Positions 48,387 to 58,900 of a DNA stretch of 64,000 nt are shown here, piece by piece. The notes below the pieces were generated by a model, which saw only the letters and a program-made list of their open reading frames with translations, had not been told where the DNA came from and searched no databases. The position numbers were made by a program, and so were the translations under genes. Within the stretch, counting starts at the first letter, position 1; every line of letters starts with the position of its first letter. The DNA comes from Longimicrobiales bacterium (GTDB taxonomy: Bacteria; Gemmatimonadota; Gemmatimonadetes; Longimicrobiales; Gaopeijiaceae), in the NCBI GenBank assembly GCA_965202985.1, contig CBDBCF010000001.1:800001-864000 (forward strand), in the 5' to 3' direction.

Positions 48387-49211
48387 ATGTCCCAAGCCAC
48401 TGCCGGTTCCGACGCGCCCCTGCGGCTGCTGGAGACGGCTCGAGAGGCGGCGCAGGCGGCGGCCAACGTCCATCGGAAGGCCGCCGGGCGCAAGAACCGA
48501 CGCTGGGTGGAGTCCAAGACTGCGGCGAGCGACTTCGTGTGCGACGTGGACTTGGCGGCCCAGGAGGCGGCCCTGTCGGTCGTGGCCGCGCGCCACCCGG
48601 ACCACGAGATCATGGCGGAGGAGCGCGGCGGCGAGCGTCCCGGCGCGCCGGACAACGAGCACGTCTGGCTCGTGGACCCGCTGGACGGAACCACCAACTT
48701 CCTTCACGGGCATCCCTACCACTCGGCTTCGGTGGCGGTCTGGGACGGCGCGGGACCGGTCGCGGGCGCGGTTCACGCCCAGGCGCTGGGCGCGGTCTGG
48801 ACGGCGGCGCGCGAAGAGGGCGCGTTCGAGAACGGACGACGGATCCGCGCGAGCCCGGCGACGGACGTGAGCGGGTTCCTGCTTGGAACGGGCTTTCCGT
48901 TCAAGTTCCCCGAGCTTGTCGAACCGTATTTGGGCACGCTTGCCACGGCGCTCCGCCGCACGTCGGGCGTACGCCGGACGGGGGCCTCGACGCTGGACTT
49001 CGCGTATGTCGCCAACGGAACCCTGGACGCGTACTGGGAACCCGTCTTGGAGCCCTGGGACTTCGGGGCGGGCGTCCTGCTCGTGACCGAAGCCGGCGGC
49101 CGCGTGGGCCGGATCGAGGGAGGCCCCGTCCTACCCGTTCGGGGATCGATCCTGGCCGCGAACTCGGCCCTGTCGCTGGCCGCACTGCAGTCCATGCTGT
49201 CCGCGCCATGA
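48387..49211 (+). CDS. Inositol monophosphatase family protein (SuhB-like)
   Basis: 'AEE', 'WLVDPLDGTTNF', 'PWDFGAG'. Confidence 0.92.
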   Translation: MSQATAGSDAPLRLLETAREAAQAAANVHRKAAGRKNRRWVESKTAASDFVCDVDLAAQEAALSVVAARHPDHEIMAEERGGERPGAPDNEHVWLVDPLDGTTNFLHGHPYHSASVAVWDGAGPVAGAVHAQALGAVWTAAREEGAFENGRRIRASPATDVSGFLLGTGFPFKFPELVEPYLGTLATALRRTSGVRRTGASTLDFAYVANGTLDAYWEPVLEPWDFGAGVLLVTEAGGRVGRIEGGPVLPVRGSILAANSALSLAALQSMLSAP

Positions 49212-49296
49212 CGCTGATTGCCGCCTGCGCTATTGTTGCGGGAGCGGCCCTTCGTCGTTCGCTTCCCTCGTCACCTTCCACGCACGCTGATTCGCC

Positions 49297-49737
49297 ATGG
49301 AGCACGAGTTCACCGCCGTTCACCGGATCGAGTTCGCCGACACGGATTCGGCCGGGCTGGTCCACTTCGCCGCCTACTTCCGCCTCATGGAGGAGACGGA
49401 GCACGCCTTCTACCGTTCGCTGGGAGGATCGGCCTTCGAGCGGGTGTCGGGCGGCGGGCGCGGAATGCCCCGGGTATCGGCGTCGTGCGAGTACCTGCTG
49501 CCCGTTCGCTTCGAGGACGAGGTGGAGGTTCGGCTGGTCGTGCGCGAGAAGGGCGCGCGCCGCATGCGCTACGACTTCGAGTTCCGGGTCCTGCCCGGCT
49601 CCGCGCCCGCCGCCAGAGGAACGATGACCGTGGTCAACGCCATGCAGTCCGCCGACGGCTCCTACGCCTCCGCCCCCCTGCCCGGCTTCCTGCGCTACGG
49701 CGCCCAAGCCGCGCCCGGCGACTCGTCGGCGTCATGA
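49297..49737 (+). CDS. Acyl-CoA thioesterase (4HBT/YbgC-like)
   Basis: 'FADTDSAGLVHFAAYF'. Confidence 0.9.
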   Translation: MEHEFTAVHRIEFADTDSAGLVHFAAYFRLMEETEHAFYRSLGGSAFERVSGGGRGMPRVSASCEYLLPVRFEDEVEVRLVVREKGARRMRYDFEFRVLPGSAPAARGTMTVVNAMQSADGSYASAPLPGFLRYGAQAAPGDSSAS

Positions 49738-51035
49738 GGGCGGCTCCGGCAACCCCCGAACGCGGACGCCCTGCATTTCGCGCGACGCCCACCCCCGAAC
49801 GCGGACGCCCCGTGCTCCGAGAGACGGCGCTGGCGGCAGGCGCGCTCCTGGGGACGGCGCTGGCGGCAGGCGCGCTCCTGGGGACGGTGCTGGCGGCAGG
49901 TGCGCCCCTGGCGGTCCGGGCGCAGGCGCCCGTCTTGTCGCGGGCCCAGCCCGAAGAGGCCGGCATGTCGGCGGCGGGGCTGGCGGGCGCGGCGGGGCTG
50001 TACCAAGAGGCCGTGGACCGGGACGACTTGGTGGGCGCGGTGCTGCTGGTCGCCAAGGACGGCAAGATCGTGCTGCACGAAGCCTACGGCTGGCGCGACA
50101 AGGCCCGCGGCCTGCCGATGGAGCCGAACACCCTGTTCCGCATGGCGTCCAACACGAAGCCCGTGGTCGCGGCGGCCGTGGCCACGCTGGTGGAAGCGGG
50201 CAAGCTGGCCTACGACGACTTGGTGCGGCAGCACATCCCCTCGTGGGACAACTACCGGGCCGGCTTCGTCAACGTCGGCCACCTGCTGTCGCACTCCAGC
50301 GGCCTGCGCATCCCCACGTTGTTTCTGATGCCGTACACCGAGCCCAGCGCGCAGCACCCGAATGCGCCGACGCTGCAACTGGAAGCCGCCAAGTTCGGCG
50401 CGGTCGGCGCCGAGACCCCGCCCGGCGTCGCTTACAGCTACAACAACCCCGGCTACAACACGTTGGGCGCGCTGACGGAGATCGTCTCCGGCCAGCCCCT
50501 GGAGGAGTACTTGGACCAGACGTTCTACGCGCCCCTGGGCATGCGCGACAGCTACCACCACGAGGTGGACGAGAAGATGGACGGCAAGCTGGACCGCATG
50601 TCGGTCGTGTACTACCAGCGGGGCGACGACGGGGAATGGATGCCCGGCTGGACCCCTGGCGACCCGCCCCAGGTGCCGTTCGTCCGGGCGTCCGGCGGCA
50701 TGATCTCGACGGCCAGCGACTACGCGGTCTTCTGCCAGATGTTCCTGAACGGCGGCGCCTACGGCGGCACGCGAGCCCTGACCGAAGAGAGCGTCGCCCT
50801 CCTGACTTCGCCCAAGATCCGCACCAACCCGGACTCCGACGGCCCGCCCGCCTACTACGGATACGGCTGGTCCGTGGCCGAGGACGGCGCATACTCCCAT
50901 GGCGGCTCCGACGGCACGCACGCCTACGTGGACCCGACAACGAACCTCGTCGTTCTCGTCTTCACGCAGACGCCCGGGGGCCGCAACCCCGTCGTCCGCT
51001 TTCGGGAGATGGTCAAGCTGGCGATCGAGGGATAG
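49734..51035 (+). CDS. Serine hydrolase, beta-lactamase/AmpC fold
   Basis: 'FRMASNTK', 'LLSHSSG', 'YSYNN', 'HGG'. Confidence 0.9.
   Translation: MRAAPATPERGRPAFRATPTPERGRPVLRETALAAGALLGTALAAGALLGTVLAAGAPLAVRAQAPVLSRAQPEEAGMSAAGLAGAAGLYQEAVDRDDLVGAVLLVAKDGKIVLHEAYGWRDKARGLPMEPNTLFRMASNTKPVVAAAVATLVEAGKLAYDDLVRQHIPSWDNYRAGFVNVGHLLSHSSGLRIPTLFLMPYTEPSAQHPNAPTLQLEAAKFGAVGAETPPGVAYSYNNPGYNTLGALTEIVSGQPLEEYLDQTFYAPLGMRDSYHHEVDEKMDGKLDRMSVVYYQRGDDGEWMPGWTPGDPPQVPFVRASGGMISTASDYAVFCQMFLNGGAYGGTRALTEESVALLTSPKIRTNPDSDGPPAYYGYGWSVAEDGAYSHGGSDGTHAYVDPTTNLVVLVFTQTPGGRNPVVRFREMVKLAIEG
49752..49911. repeat. Short repeats in the signal region (20 bp x2, 30 bp x3)
   Basis: ACCCCCGAACGCGGACGCCC x2; GACGGyGCTGGCGGCAGGyGCGCyCCTGG x3 encoding TALAAGALLG. 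Confidence 0.85.
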
Positions 51036-52140
51036 CGCGGGGCGCCTTGCGCCAGTAGCGGGCCAGCCCCCGCCACGAGTCCTCGAACGCCGATATCGCG
51101 GCGTACAAGTCCACGGAGTCCGCAGACGCGGAGGAGCACAGCTCCGCCCGCACATGCTCGGCAAAGGCACGCGCGTGCGCGTCGTCGTCGCTGGCGCGGC
51201 TCGCGCCGCCGGCTCGGCCCCCGTCTTGTGCGCCGGACGGCCCGTCGCCGGACGCCCGCTCGTCCCCTGACCGCCCTTGCGACCGCCCTTGCGCGTCGGG
51301 ATCGACCTCCAGCGAGCCCCGGACCCTGGCCGCCCAATCGGACAGCCCTTCCCACAGGCGGTCGAAGTGCGCCTCCGGGTCGTCGTGGATCCCGAAGTGA
51401 GTGGTCACGATCCGCTCCGGCCGCCACGTCGAGATCCGGTCCATGCTGCGGTTCCACGCCTCCACGTCGATGTCGGGCGGAGGCGTCACGGGAACCGTCG
51501 GCCCGTCTTCGATCCGCAGGCCGCCGGCGTCGCCGATCCATGCAACGCCGGTCTCGGGCTCGAAGTAGGCCACGTGGTGCTTGGCGTGTCCGGGCACGTC
51601 CGCCACCCGCAGGCGACGTCCGCCGACCCTGATCTCCGAGCCATCCTCCACCTGTCGCAACGCCCGCTCGGGAACGGGCAGCAGGTCGCCCCACAGGCGC
51701 TCCATCCCGTCCCCGTAGATGCGCCTTGCATGCATCAGCAGGCGCGTCGGATCCAGCATGTGAGGCGCGCCCACCGGATGCACGAACACGCGGGCGTCCG
51801 GCGCCGCCCGAACGATCGCGCCGGTCGCGGTCGCATGGTCCAGGTGAATGTGCGTGAGAAGCACCGCCCGCACTTCAGCCGGCCCGTAGCCCATCTGGGC
51901 CAGCGCCGCCCAAAGCGTCCCCAGCCGCGCCTCGGGTCCGGGGTCCACCAGGGCCACCCCTTCGTCGAGCTCCAGCACGCCCGCCCCGATCAACGAGCGC
52001 CGCCCCATGTGCAGCAGGTCCACGAAGCCCGTGCGCGAATCCACGGCCACGATCCGAGGTCCGGCCGCGCCGCCGCCGACCGCGACCCGATCGCCTGTCG
52101 CGGGCTCCACAGCGACCGCGCCTTCGCGAACTCGAGCCAC
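51013..52140 (-). CDS. MBL-fold metallo-hydrolase
   Basis: 'LVDPG', 'THIHLDH', 'PGHAKHH', 'GDA', 'THFG'; start approximate. Confidence 0.9.
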   Translation of the reverse strand: MARVREGAVAVEPATGDRVAVGGGAAGPRIVAVDSRTGFVDLLHMGRRSLIGAGVLELDEGVALVDPGPEARLGTLWAALAQMGYGPAEVRAVLLTHIHLDHATATGAIVRAAPDARVFVHPVGAPHMLDPTRLLMHARRIYGDGMERLWGDLLPVPERALRQVEDGSEIRVGGRRLRVADVPGHAKHHVAYFEPETGVAWIGDAGGLRIEDGPTVPVTPPPDIDVEAWNRSMDRISTWRPERIVTTHFGIHDDPEAHFDRLWEGLSDWAARVRGSLEVDPDAQGRSQGRSGDERASGDGPSGAQDGGRAGGASRASDDDAHARAFAEHVRAELCSSASADSVDLYAAISAFEDSWRGLARYWRKAPRAIPRSPA

Positions 52141-52142
52141 CT

Positions 52143-54302
52143 TTATGCGCCTCCGTCGTCCGCAGCCGGCTGCTGCTTGTGCGTGCCCCACTTCTCGAAC
52201 CACTTGCGCAGGTACAGTTGCGTGCGCAGGAAGTTGGACGGCTTGGACGTGGTTCCGTGCCACTCGTCTTGAAAGCGCACCATGACCGTGGGGACGCCCA
52301 AGTACTGGAGCGCTTGGTAGAACTCCTCGGTCTGGCCCATCGGCGTGCGCAAGTCCTTCTCGCCGGTCATGAGCATCGTGGGCGTGGTCGCCGCTCCCAC
52401 GTAGAAGATCGACGAGCGGTCGATCCACTCGGCCGGGTCCTCCCAGAACGGCTTCTCGAAGGTGCGCATGTAGCTGGTGGCGTCGGACGTGCCCATGGCC
52501 GACATCCAGTTCACTATGGGACAGTTGGCCGACGCGGCCCGAAAGCGATCGGTGTTCCCAACGATGTAGCTGGTCAGGATGCCGCCCCCCGAGCAACCGT
52601 AGACGAACAGGTTGTCCGGGTCCACGTAGCCCCGCGCCAGCACTTCGTCTACGCCCTTCATCAGGTCCGGGAAGTCGGCGCCGGGGTAGTCGTGGTTGAT
52701 GGCGTTCGCGAAGGCGCTCCCGTAGCCGGTGCTGCCTCTGGGGTTGGTGTACAGCACGACGTAGCCGTTCGCGGCGTGCTCCTGGAAGGCGAAGTTGAAG
52801 CCGCCGTGGTACATGGCGTGCGGGCCGCCGTGGATCGCCAGCATAAGCGGGTACTTGCGCGACGAGTCGAAGTCCGGCGGGGTCACGATCCAACCCTGCA
52901 CGCGAAGCCCGTCGTCCGAGTCGTACCACAGCTCTTCGACCTCTCCCAGCCGGACCCGCTCCAGCACGTCCGCGTTGACGTCGGTGAGACGGACGGCGGA
53001 CGCGGGGTCGTCCAGCGCGAACCGGTAGATGTCGCCGGGCTCGCGCGCGCTGGACCGCACCCCCACGGCCGTCCCGTGGGACGCGAACGACGACATGGCG
53101 AACAGATGGGCGCCCTCGGTCAACGCCGTCACGCCGCCCCCGTCCACCGACACGAAGTGGAGCTGTCCGTAGCCGTCCCGCCGGACGTTGAAGTACAAGC
53201 CGCTGCCGTCGGGCGCCCACGTCATGGAGCCGGTCTGCCGGTCGTAGTCGCCGGACACGACGCGCGGTTCGGACCCGTCGCGGTTCATTACGTGGATCTT
53301 GCGGTTCCGGTAGGTGTCCCGGTGGGCGTCCAGTCCCACGTAGGCGATCAGCTCGCCGTCGGGCGACGGCACGGGCCCCGAGTCTTCGCCCCGCCGCCGG
53401 GTCAGCGCGCGGATCTCGCCGGTGGCCACCTCGACGGCGTATATCTCCGACTCCTGCCAGTGCTCGGGGCGGTGCGCATCTTCGTGTCGGAACGACGTGA
53501 AGTAGAGTTCGGCGCCGTCCGGGCTCCAGCGCGGCCCCGAGTGGTTCCAGTCGCCGCGGGTCAGGCGACGCGCAGTGCCCCCGTCGGCAGGCGCCACGAA
53601 CAGGTGGGTGAAGCCGACGTCCACGTAGCCCCGCCGGTCGCGCTTGTACGCCGCGCGCTCCACCACCTTGGGCTCGGCAGCCCACTCGGCGCCTTCGGGT
53701 CGCGCGGGCAACGCCACGCCGGCGAACTCGGCCTTGGCGCCGACGCGGCTGGCGAAGGCGATCCAGCGGCCGTCGGGCGACCAGCGCGCTTCGGACGGGG
53801 CGTGTTCCAGGCGCGTGACCTGGCTGGTGGCCCCCTCGGCGTCCATCCACCGCACGAAGAGCTGGGCGCCTCCGGGCTCGCCGGGCGCGACGTACAAGAT
53901 GCGGGTCCCGTCGGGCGACCAGCGCGCCCCGCTCCCGTCCGCCAAGCGACGAGCCCGCGTCCCGTCGGCGTTCATGATCCAGAGAGACGACTCGCGCCGG
54001 TCCCGAACCTTGTCGATCCAGCCCCGCGTGTAGACGACGCGCGTACCGTCGGGCGAGATGCGCGGGTCCGAGACGCTCTCCATGTCCAGGTAGTGGGACA
54101 GCGACAGGTGCTGTTGGGTGGGCTGCGGCGGGCGGACGACCGGCGGCGGCGCCGGAGACGACTCGACCGGCGTCGCGATGGCCGTCGCCAGCAGCGCCGC
54201 GGTGGCCGCGGACGCCCGTAGACGGGTCCTCGGGCTGGGCGCCGCCGTCCAGCGCCTCGCTGTCCCGTGTCTCGCCGTCGGGCACCTCGTCCGGCGCCTC
54301 AC
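52143..54302 (-). CDS. S9 family peptidase with beta-propeller
   Basis: Repeated 'WSPDG'; 'IHGGPH', 'NPRGSTGYG', 'GCSGGG', 'D.R', 'HG'. Confidence 0.93.
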   Translation of the reverse strand: MRRRTRCPTARHGTARRWTAAPSPRTRLRASAATAALLATAIATPVESSPAPPPVVRPPQPTQQHLSLSHYLDMESVSDPRISPDGTRVVYTRGWIDKVRDRRESSLWIMNADGTRARRLADGSGARWSPDGTRILYVAPGEPGGAQLFVRWMDAEGATSQVTRLEHAPSEARWSPDGRWIAFASRVGAKAEFAGVALPARPEGAEWAAEPKVVERAAYKRDRRGYVDVGFTHLFVAPADGGTARRLTRGDWNHSGPRWSPDGAELYFTSFRHEDAHRPEHWQESEIYAVEVATGEIRALTRRRGEDSGPVPSPDGELIAYVGLDAHRDTYRNRKIHVMNRDGSEPRVVSGDYDRQTGSMTWAPDGSGLYFNVRRDGYGQLHFVSVDGGGVTALTEGAHLFAMSSFASHGTAVGVRSSAREPGDIYRFALDDPASAVRLTDVNADVLERVRLGEVEELWYDSDDGLRVQGWIVTPPDFDSSRKYPLMLAIHGGPHAMYHGGFNFAFQEHAANGYVVLYTNPRGSTGYGSAFANAINHDYPGADFPDLMKGVDEVLARGYVDPDNLFVYGCSGGGILTSYIVGNTDRFRAASANCPIVNWMSAMGTSDATSYMRTFEKPFWEDPAEWIDRSSIFYVGAATTPTMLMTGEKDLRTPMGQTEEFYQALQYLGVPTVMVRFQDEWHGTTSKPSNFLRTQLYLRKWFEKWGTHKQQPAADDGGA

Positions 54303-55792
54303 TGGCCATCCTCCCAGTTGCTGGTGATCGCTCTGCCGGGGAAGGCGTCCTCCACCAGCGCCCCGTCCCGCACCACGGCCACGCCCTCCACCAGCACGAA
54401 GGCGATCCCCTGGGACGCGGTGGCCGGCGCCTCGAAGGTGGCCCTGTCCAGCACCGTCTCGGGGTCGAACACCGTGATGTCGGCGTCGGCACCCACCTGG
54501 ATCCGTCCCTTGCGCGTCATCGCCGGCGCCACGCCCTCCAGCCTGCGAGCCGGCAGCAGCGTCATCTTGGTCAGCGCGTCCATGAGCGACAGCGCGCCCC
54601 GCTCCCGGACGTAGCGTCCCAGAATGCGGCTGAAGGTGCCCGCCCCGCGCGGATGCACGGGCAGGTGCAGGAACGGGATGCCGTCGCTGGCCGCGATCAC
54701 GTCGGGTTGCGCTGTGATCCATTCGCTGGTCTCCTCGTTGCGTCCGTGGATGAGCACCCAGCCGCCGCGCTCCCGGTACTCGCGGAAGCTCCGAGCGTTA
54801 AGGCGTTCGGCGGTCCCCGGCCACTGAAGGACTTGGTACGCGGCGTCGTCCAGTCCCTCCCACGGGTCGAAGAGCGCCGACTCGATATAGGTGGAGCCGG
54901 TCGTGTACGGATACGCTTCGGTGGTCACGTCCAAGCCGTGCGCGACCGCGCCCCGGACGAGCTCCAACGCTTCGCGGGCCTGCTCGTCCGCGCTGGAGTT
55001 CAGGTGCACGACGTGGACCGACGCGCCCGTGGCGGCGGCATTGGCGATCACTTCCTGGAAGGGGTCCAGCAGGTCCCCGTCCTCGGCGGCCCGCAGGTGC
55101 ACGTAGGCCGGCACGCCCTGGCCCGCCGCGGAGTCGAAGAGCCGAAAGATCTCGTCGCGCGACGCCCCCGGCGTATAGGTGATCCCGAATCCGTACCCCA
55201 GCCCGCCCTCCGCCAGCCCCGCCTCCATGAGCGCCGCCAGTTCGCCGATCCGCTCGCCCTCCAGCGTCTCGTGAACGACACCCGGTCCCATCGAAGCATT
55301 TTCCTGTCCCGGCGGCAGCGTCGGCTGGTGCCCCACGTCCACGCCCGTCAGCAGCTTGGCCCGCGCCCCCGGATGGCTGACGGTCGCCCCGTAGTGAATG
55401 CGCGCCAGCCCCTCCCGCGAAGCGATCCACGGCCCCACCGGATAGACGCCCAGCTCCATCTCCAAGGCCGTGGTGACCCCGTCCAGCGCCTGCCACCGGT
55501 TGCTGACCGTGTCCTGCCCGTGCGCGTGCAGGTCGATGAACCCCGGCGCAACGACCATCCCCGTCGCGTCCAAGGTGTCCCTGCCCGCTATGGACTCGCC
55601 CTCGCCCGCCAGAGCCGCGATCGCGCCGTCCCGAACCCCCACGTCCCGCAGCGCGTCCAGCCCCGTCTCCGGGTCCATAACCCGCCCGTTCAGGACGACC
55701 AGGTCGTGCGGCTGCGAGCAGGCCGCCCCCCAGACGGCAGCAAGGGCCGAGAAGGCGACGGCTGAGGGGAGGGAGGTGCGATCTCGGTTCAT
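54299..55792 (-). CDS. N-acyl-D-amino-acid deacylase-like amidohydrolase, lipoprotein
   Basis: Lipobox 'GAAC'; 'APGFIDLHAH', 'SDG', 'HPRGAGTF', 'KGRI.VGADAD'. Confidence 0.88.
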   Translation of the reverse strand: MNRDRTSLPSAVAFSALAAVWGAACSQPHDLVVLNGRVMDPETGLDALRDVGVRDGAIAALAGEGESIAGRDTLDATGMVVAPGFIDLHAHGQDTVSNRWQALDGVTTALEMELGVYPVGPWIASREGLARIHYGATVSHPGARAKLLTGVDVGHQPTLPPGQENASMGPGVVHETLEGERIGELAALMEAGLAEGGLGYGFGITYTPGASRDEIFRLFDSAAGQGVPAYVHLRAAEDGDLLDPFQEVIANAAATGASVHVVHLNSSADEQAREALELVRGAVAHGLDVTTEAYPYTTGSTYIESALFDPWEGLDDAAYQVLQWPGTAERLNARSFREYRERGGWVLIHGRNEETSEWITAQPDVIAASDGIPFLHLPVHPRGAGTFSRILGRYVRERGALSLMDALTKMTLLPARRLEGVAPAMTRKGRIQVGADADITVFDPETVLDRATFEAPATASQGIAFVLVEGVAVVRDGALVEDAFPGRAITSNWEDGQ

Positions 55793-55997
55793 GGGGGGCT
55801 CCTTGGGGGAGGGGGAGGCTTCGGTGGGCGGGTGCGATGGGGGATGGAAGCGCTGGAGGCGAAGGTGGCTGCCGGCGAGTGCCTGGCAGTCTCCTACGAG
55901 AATCCGCAGGTCGGGGGACTGGCGCAAGGCTGGCGGGGGCTATCGTGGCGGGAGGCTGGCGGAGGTGGTCGTTGTGCCAGGTTGGCGGTCGCCGTCG

Positions 55998-58900
55998 TCA
56001 AGTGCTCTCGGGACGGCTCACGTCGATCACTACGACTTTGACCCTGTGCCTCTCGTCGTCCGACAGCTCCTCCTCCAGACGACGGGCCAGCTCCTCGGGA
56101 TCCTTCGGGCGAGGTCCCTTCGGCGGGGTCTTGACCCGCTCGGCCCCCCCTGCGCCGAACCACAGGACCACATAGATGCCGTGTCCCGCCGACTCGGGGT
56201 CGCGCACGTACTTCTTCATCAGCTGATTCCGCATCGCGCTCCACAGCTCCCTGTTGCTGCTCTTCTTGATCTCGATTGGGATCGCGTGGGAGTCGAAGCA
56301 CACGCGGATGTCCGCCCGTGTATTGTCCGCGTAGCTAGCCTCCCGACGGACGTCCACGCCATCCGGCAAGCGCCAGCGGAGGGCCGACAGCAACCTGTTT
56401 CGGCAATAATCCTCGTCCTGCGGCGACGGCGGGCGCCGCTCGGTCTGCCAGTACTCCTGCCAGTCGTCTGTGCTCGAATGACGGATGTCCCTTCCTAGCC
56501 GCTCCAACCGGTCCACGATTAGAGCCGCAAGGTCAGCGGCGTTCGCGGGCGGTCCGTCGCGAAGCACTTCCTCAACTTCTTCGACCGCGGGAATGCGGCG
56601 CTCTGTACGGTAGTGCAGCGCTTTCTGCCGTTCCAATGCATCCTTTAGTGCGCTGTGCCAGTTGGTGAGGTTCCTGTCGTTGGACAAGCAGTCCAGCTCC
56701 AGGCTCGCGACGCGAGTAGGGTTCTTGGCAAGACACTCGATCATGTGTTTGACCAAGGTGATGGCGTCGTCCACTATCCTCGCTTTCTCCGCCGTCTGAA
56801 TCTTGAAGACCGACCAGTAGGGCAAGTGCTTCCGGCCCAGGGTATTCACCAGCAAGGCGACGGCGGTCGCCTCGGCCTCGGTAGCGACATCGAACAGTGG
56901 CTTGTTGCCGCGTGCCTCGCTGACGGCGTACAAAATGTTCTCCAAGTGTTTTCTGCGAGCGTCTCTGCCTTCTTCGATGAAGGCGACGGCGTCGAGAGCA
57001 AACTCGTCCGGCGCAACTGCTACGCCCGCTCCTAGCCAAGTGATGCGCTGGGCTGCGTTCATGTTGCGAATGGCCATTCTATTCCGAACGCGCGGTGCCA
57101 CATCCTCGGGCACGTGGCGGATTGCCGCAACCAGCACCTGGTGCAACAGTGGCAACTGAGCGCCGTACCCCTTGGCCGGGAATGCCTTCAGGAGGTCTGG
57201 CAACGCAAGCCGCGCCGCATGTCGATAGCGTTCGTCCATTGTCATTTTGTACAGCAGAGCACTGTTGTCCCATTTGGCTCGAATGCGATTGCGGTGTAGC
57301 TCCGCAAGGATTGAGGCCACCATCTTTGCACGCGACTCCAGCACGTCGGCAAACCACGCTGGCATCTCTGAGCGGTCGTCAAGCGGTTTGGCAAGAAAGA
57401 ACCAAACTGCCCTTTCGAGACCTTCGCCCAACACGCTGGGGATGTGTTCCCCTCTGCGCTCCATGACGTCCAAGCCTGCTAGGAACGGCATACACCAACC
57501 GAAGAATTTTCCCTCGCCGTCGAGCTTCACGATCTCTGGTATCTTTGGGCCTGCATCGCTGGTGGCCGCACGCACCAGCGCGTTCAGCGCAACGTCCGTG
57601 GCGTCGTCACTTGATGCCAGCTCGGCCCGCAACCGTTCCTCGCCGTCGGCAGGGGCCCCGCCGAAGCCGCCGCAGTAGACTTGACCGAGCTCGACAAGAA
57701 GCTCCTCAGGGCCTGTCCCCGCCAGAAGCGCGTTTCGATGCTGGAGGACTTGGCCAGCTAGCTGTCTCTTCTGGTCCGTTCGTCGAGTGCTGTACGCCAG
57801 TTCTCGGTCTTTCGCGATTCTGTCGTGCTCGGCCATTGCTTTGAGTTGATCGGCAAGGATCGCGGCGTTGCCCACCAATTCAAGAGCGGTGGGTAGCCAC
57901 TCACCCGCTGGCATCGAGCGCCGAATGGGCTGTACGGCAAAGGAGACCAACCAGTGAGCGACATCTTCGTCCGTCCCCGCCACCGCTAGCGCCTTCCGCA
58001 GGCACCACTGCCGGAAGTCGGCGGGGCGACCGGCGCAAGAAACGATTTTCCAGAACGCCGTAGCACCGAAAATTCGTGCGTCGTGGTCACGGCCGTCCTC
58101 GCCGCGAGTTGGAGGAAGCAGATGGAGGCGGAGCAATTCCTTCTGGATCGACGGTCGTTCGGCCAACCACACCTGGACACGAGGCGCACCCGGCAGAACG
58201 CGGTCGGGGCCGCCGGGAACATCAGCCGCTAGCAGAGTTTGCTTTAGACGATCTGCGTCGCCGTGCGAACGATCCCACATGCGGGTGGCCGGATCGTAAG
58301 CCGCAAGCTTGATCCAGTCGTATAGCTCGGTAACGCCCAGGCTCTCCCCATGTGCCTCGATCACTCGCGCTAGGAGCTCCCAAGTCAGGTAGGCGAGCGA
58401 CCAATCCCAGACGTAATCGGCCTTAGCGGATCGGGTGTGCAGAGCGTCGAGCAATTCACGGCAACGTTCTGGGGACAACCTACGGGGCAGAACGGGTGCT
58501 AACGTCCGGGGGAACGGCATCGGCACCCATCTCCAAGCCTCGTCCGGGGGAATGTGGTCCGGATAAAGATTCCGAAACAGCCACATTTGGATGTTGCCAG
58601 AAGGGTCATCGACGCTTCCCTCGTTCACGTCCTGCAGGAGCTGCAGTCTTGTCGTGATCTCCTCCGGGTTGCTAGGAAGCTTGATCGCGGCAGCCAGAGC
58701 CGAATGGCGCACGGACAAGGACCATGTAGGGTCTCGCGCCGTCGCCAGCAGGTCCTTGCCCGAGATTTGGTCGCACTGCAAGGGAATCGCGGCAACACCG
58801 CGCAGGAGAAGTGTCATGGTCTTCTGCACATCATCAGAGCGGTCGCTTCCGACCATGTAGCCGAATAGATCGTTCATGGTTCCTGAATTCACCAAGCCGA

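Noticed and set aside
46133..48697. Apparent 854-aa ORF and similar long N-terminal extensions (18367-20940, 51013-54492, 44808-46979)
   Set aside because: The extensions overlap real genes in another frame and have shadow-ORF composition; they are not fusions
49752..49911. Possible CRISPR-like repeats
   Set aside because: Contiguous in-frame coding repeats without unique spacers; no cas genes in the window
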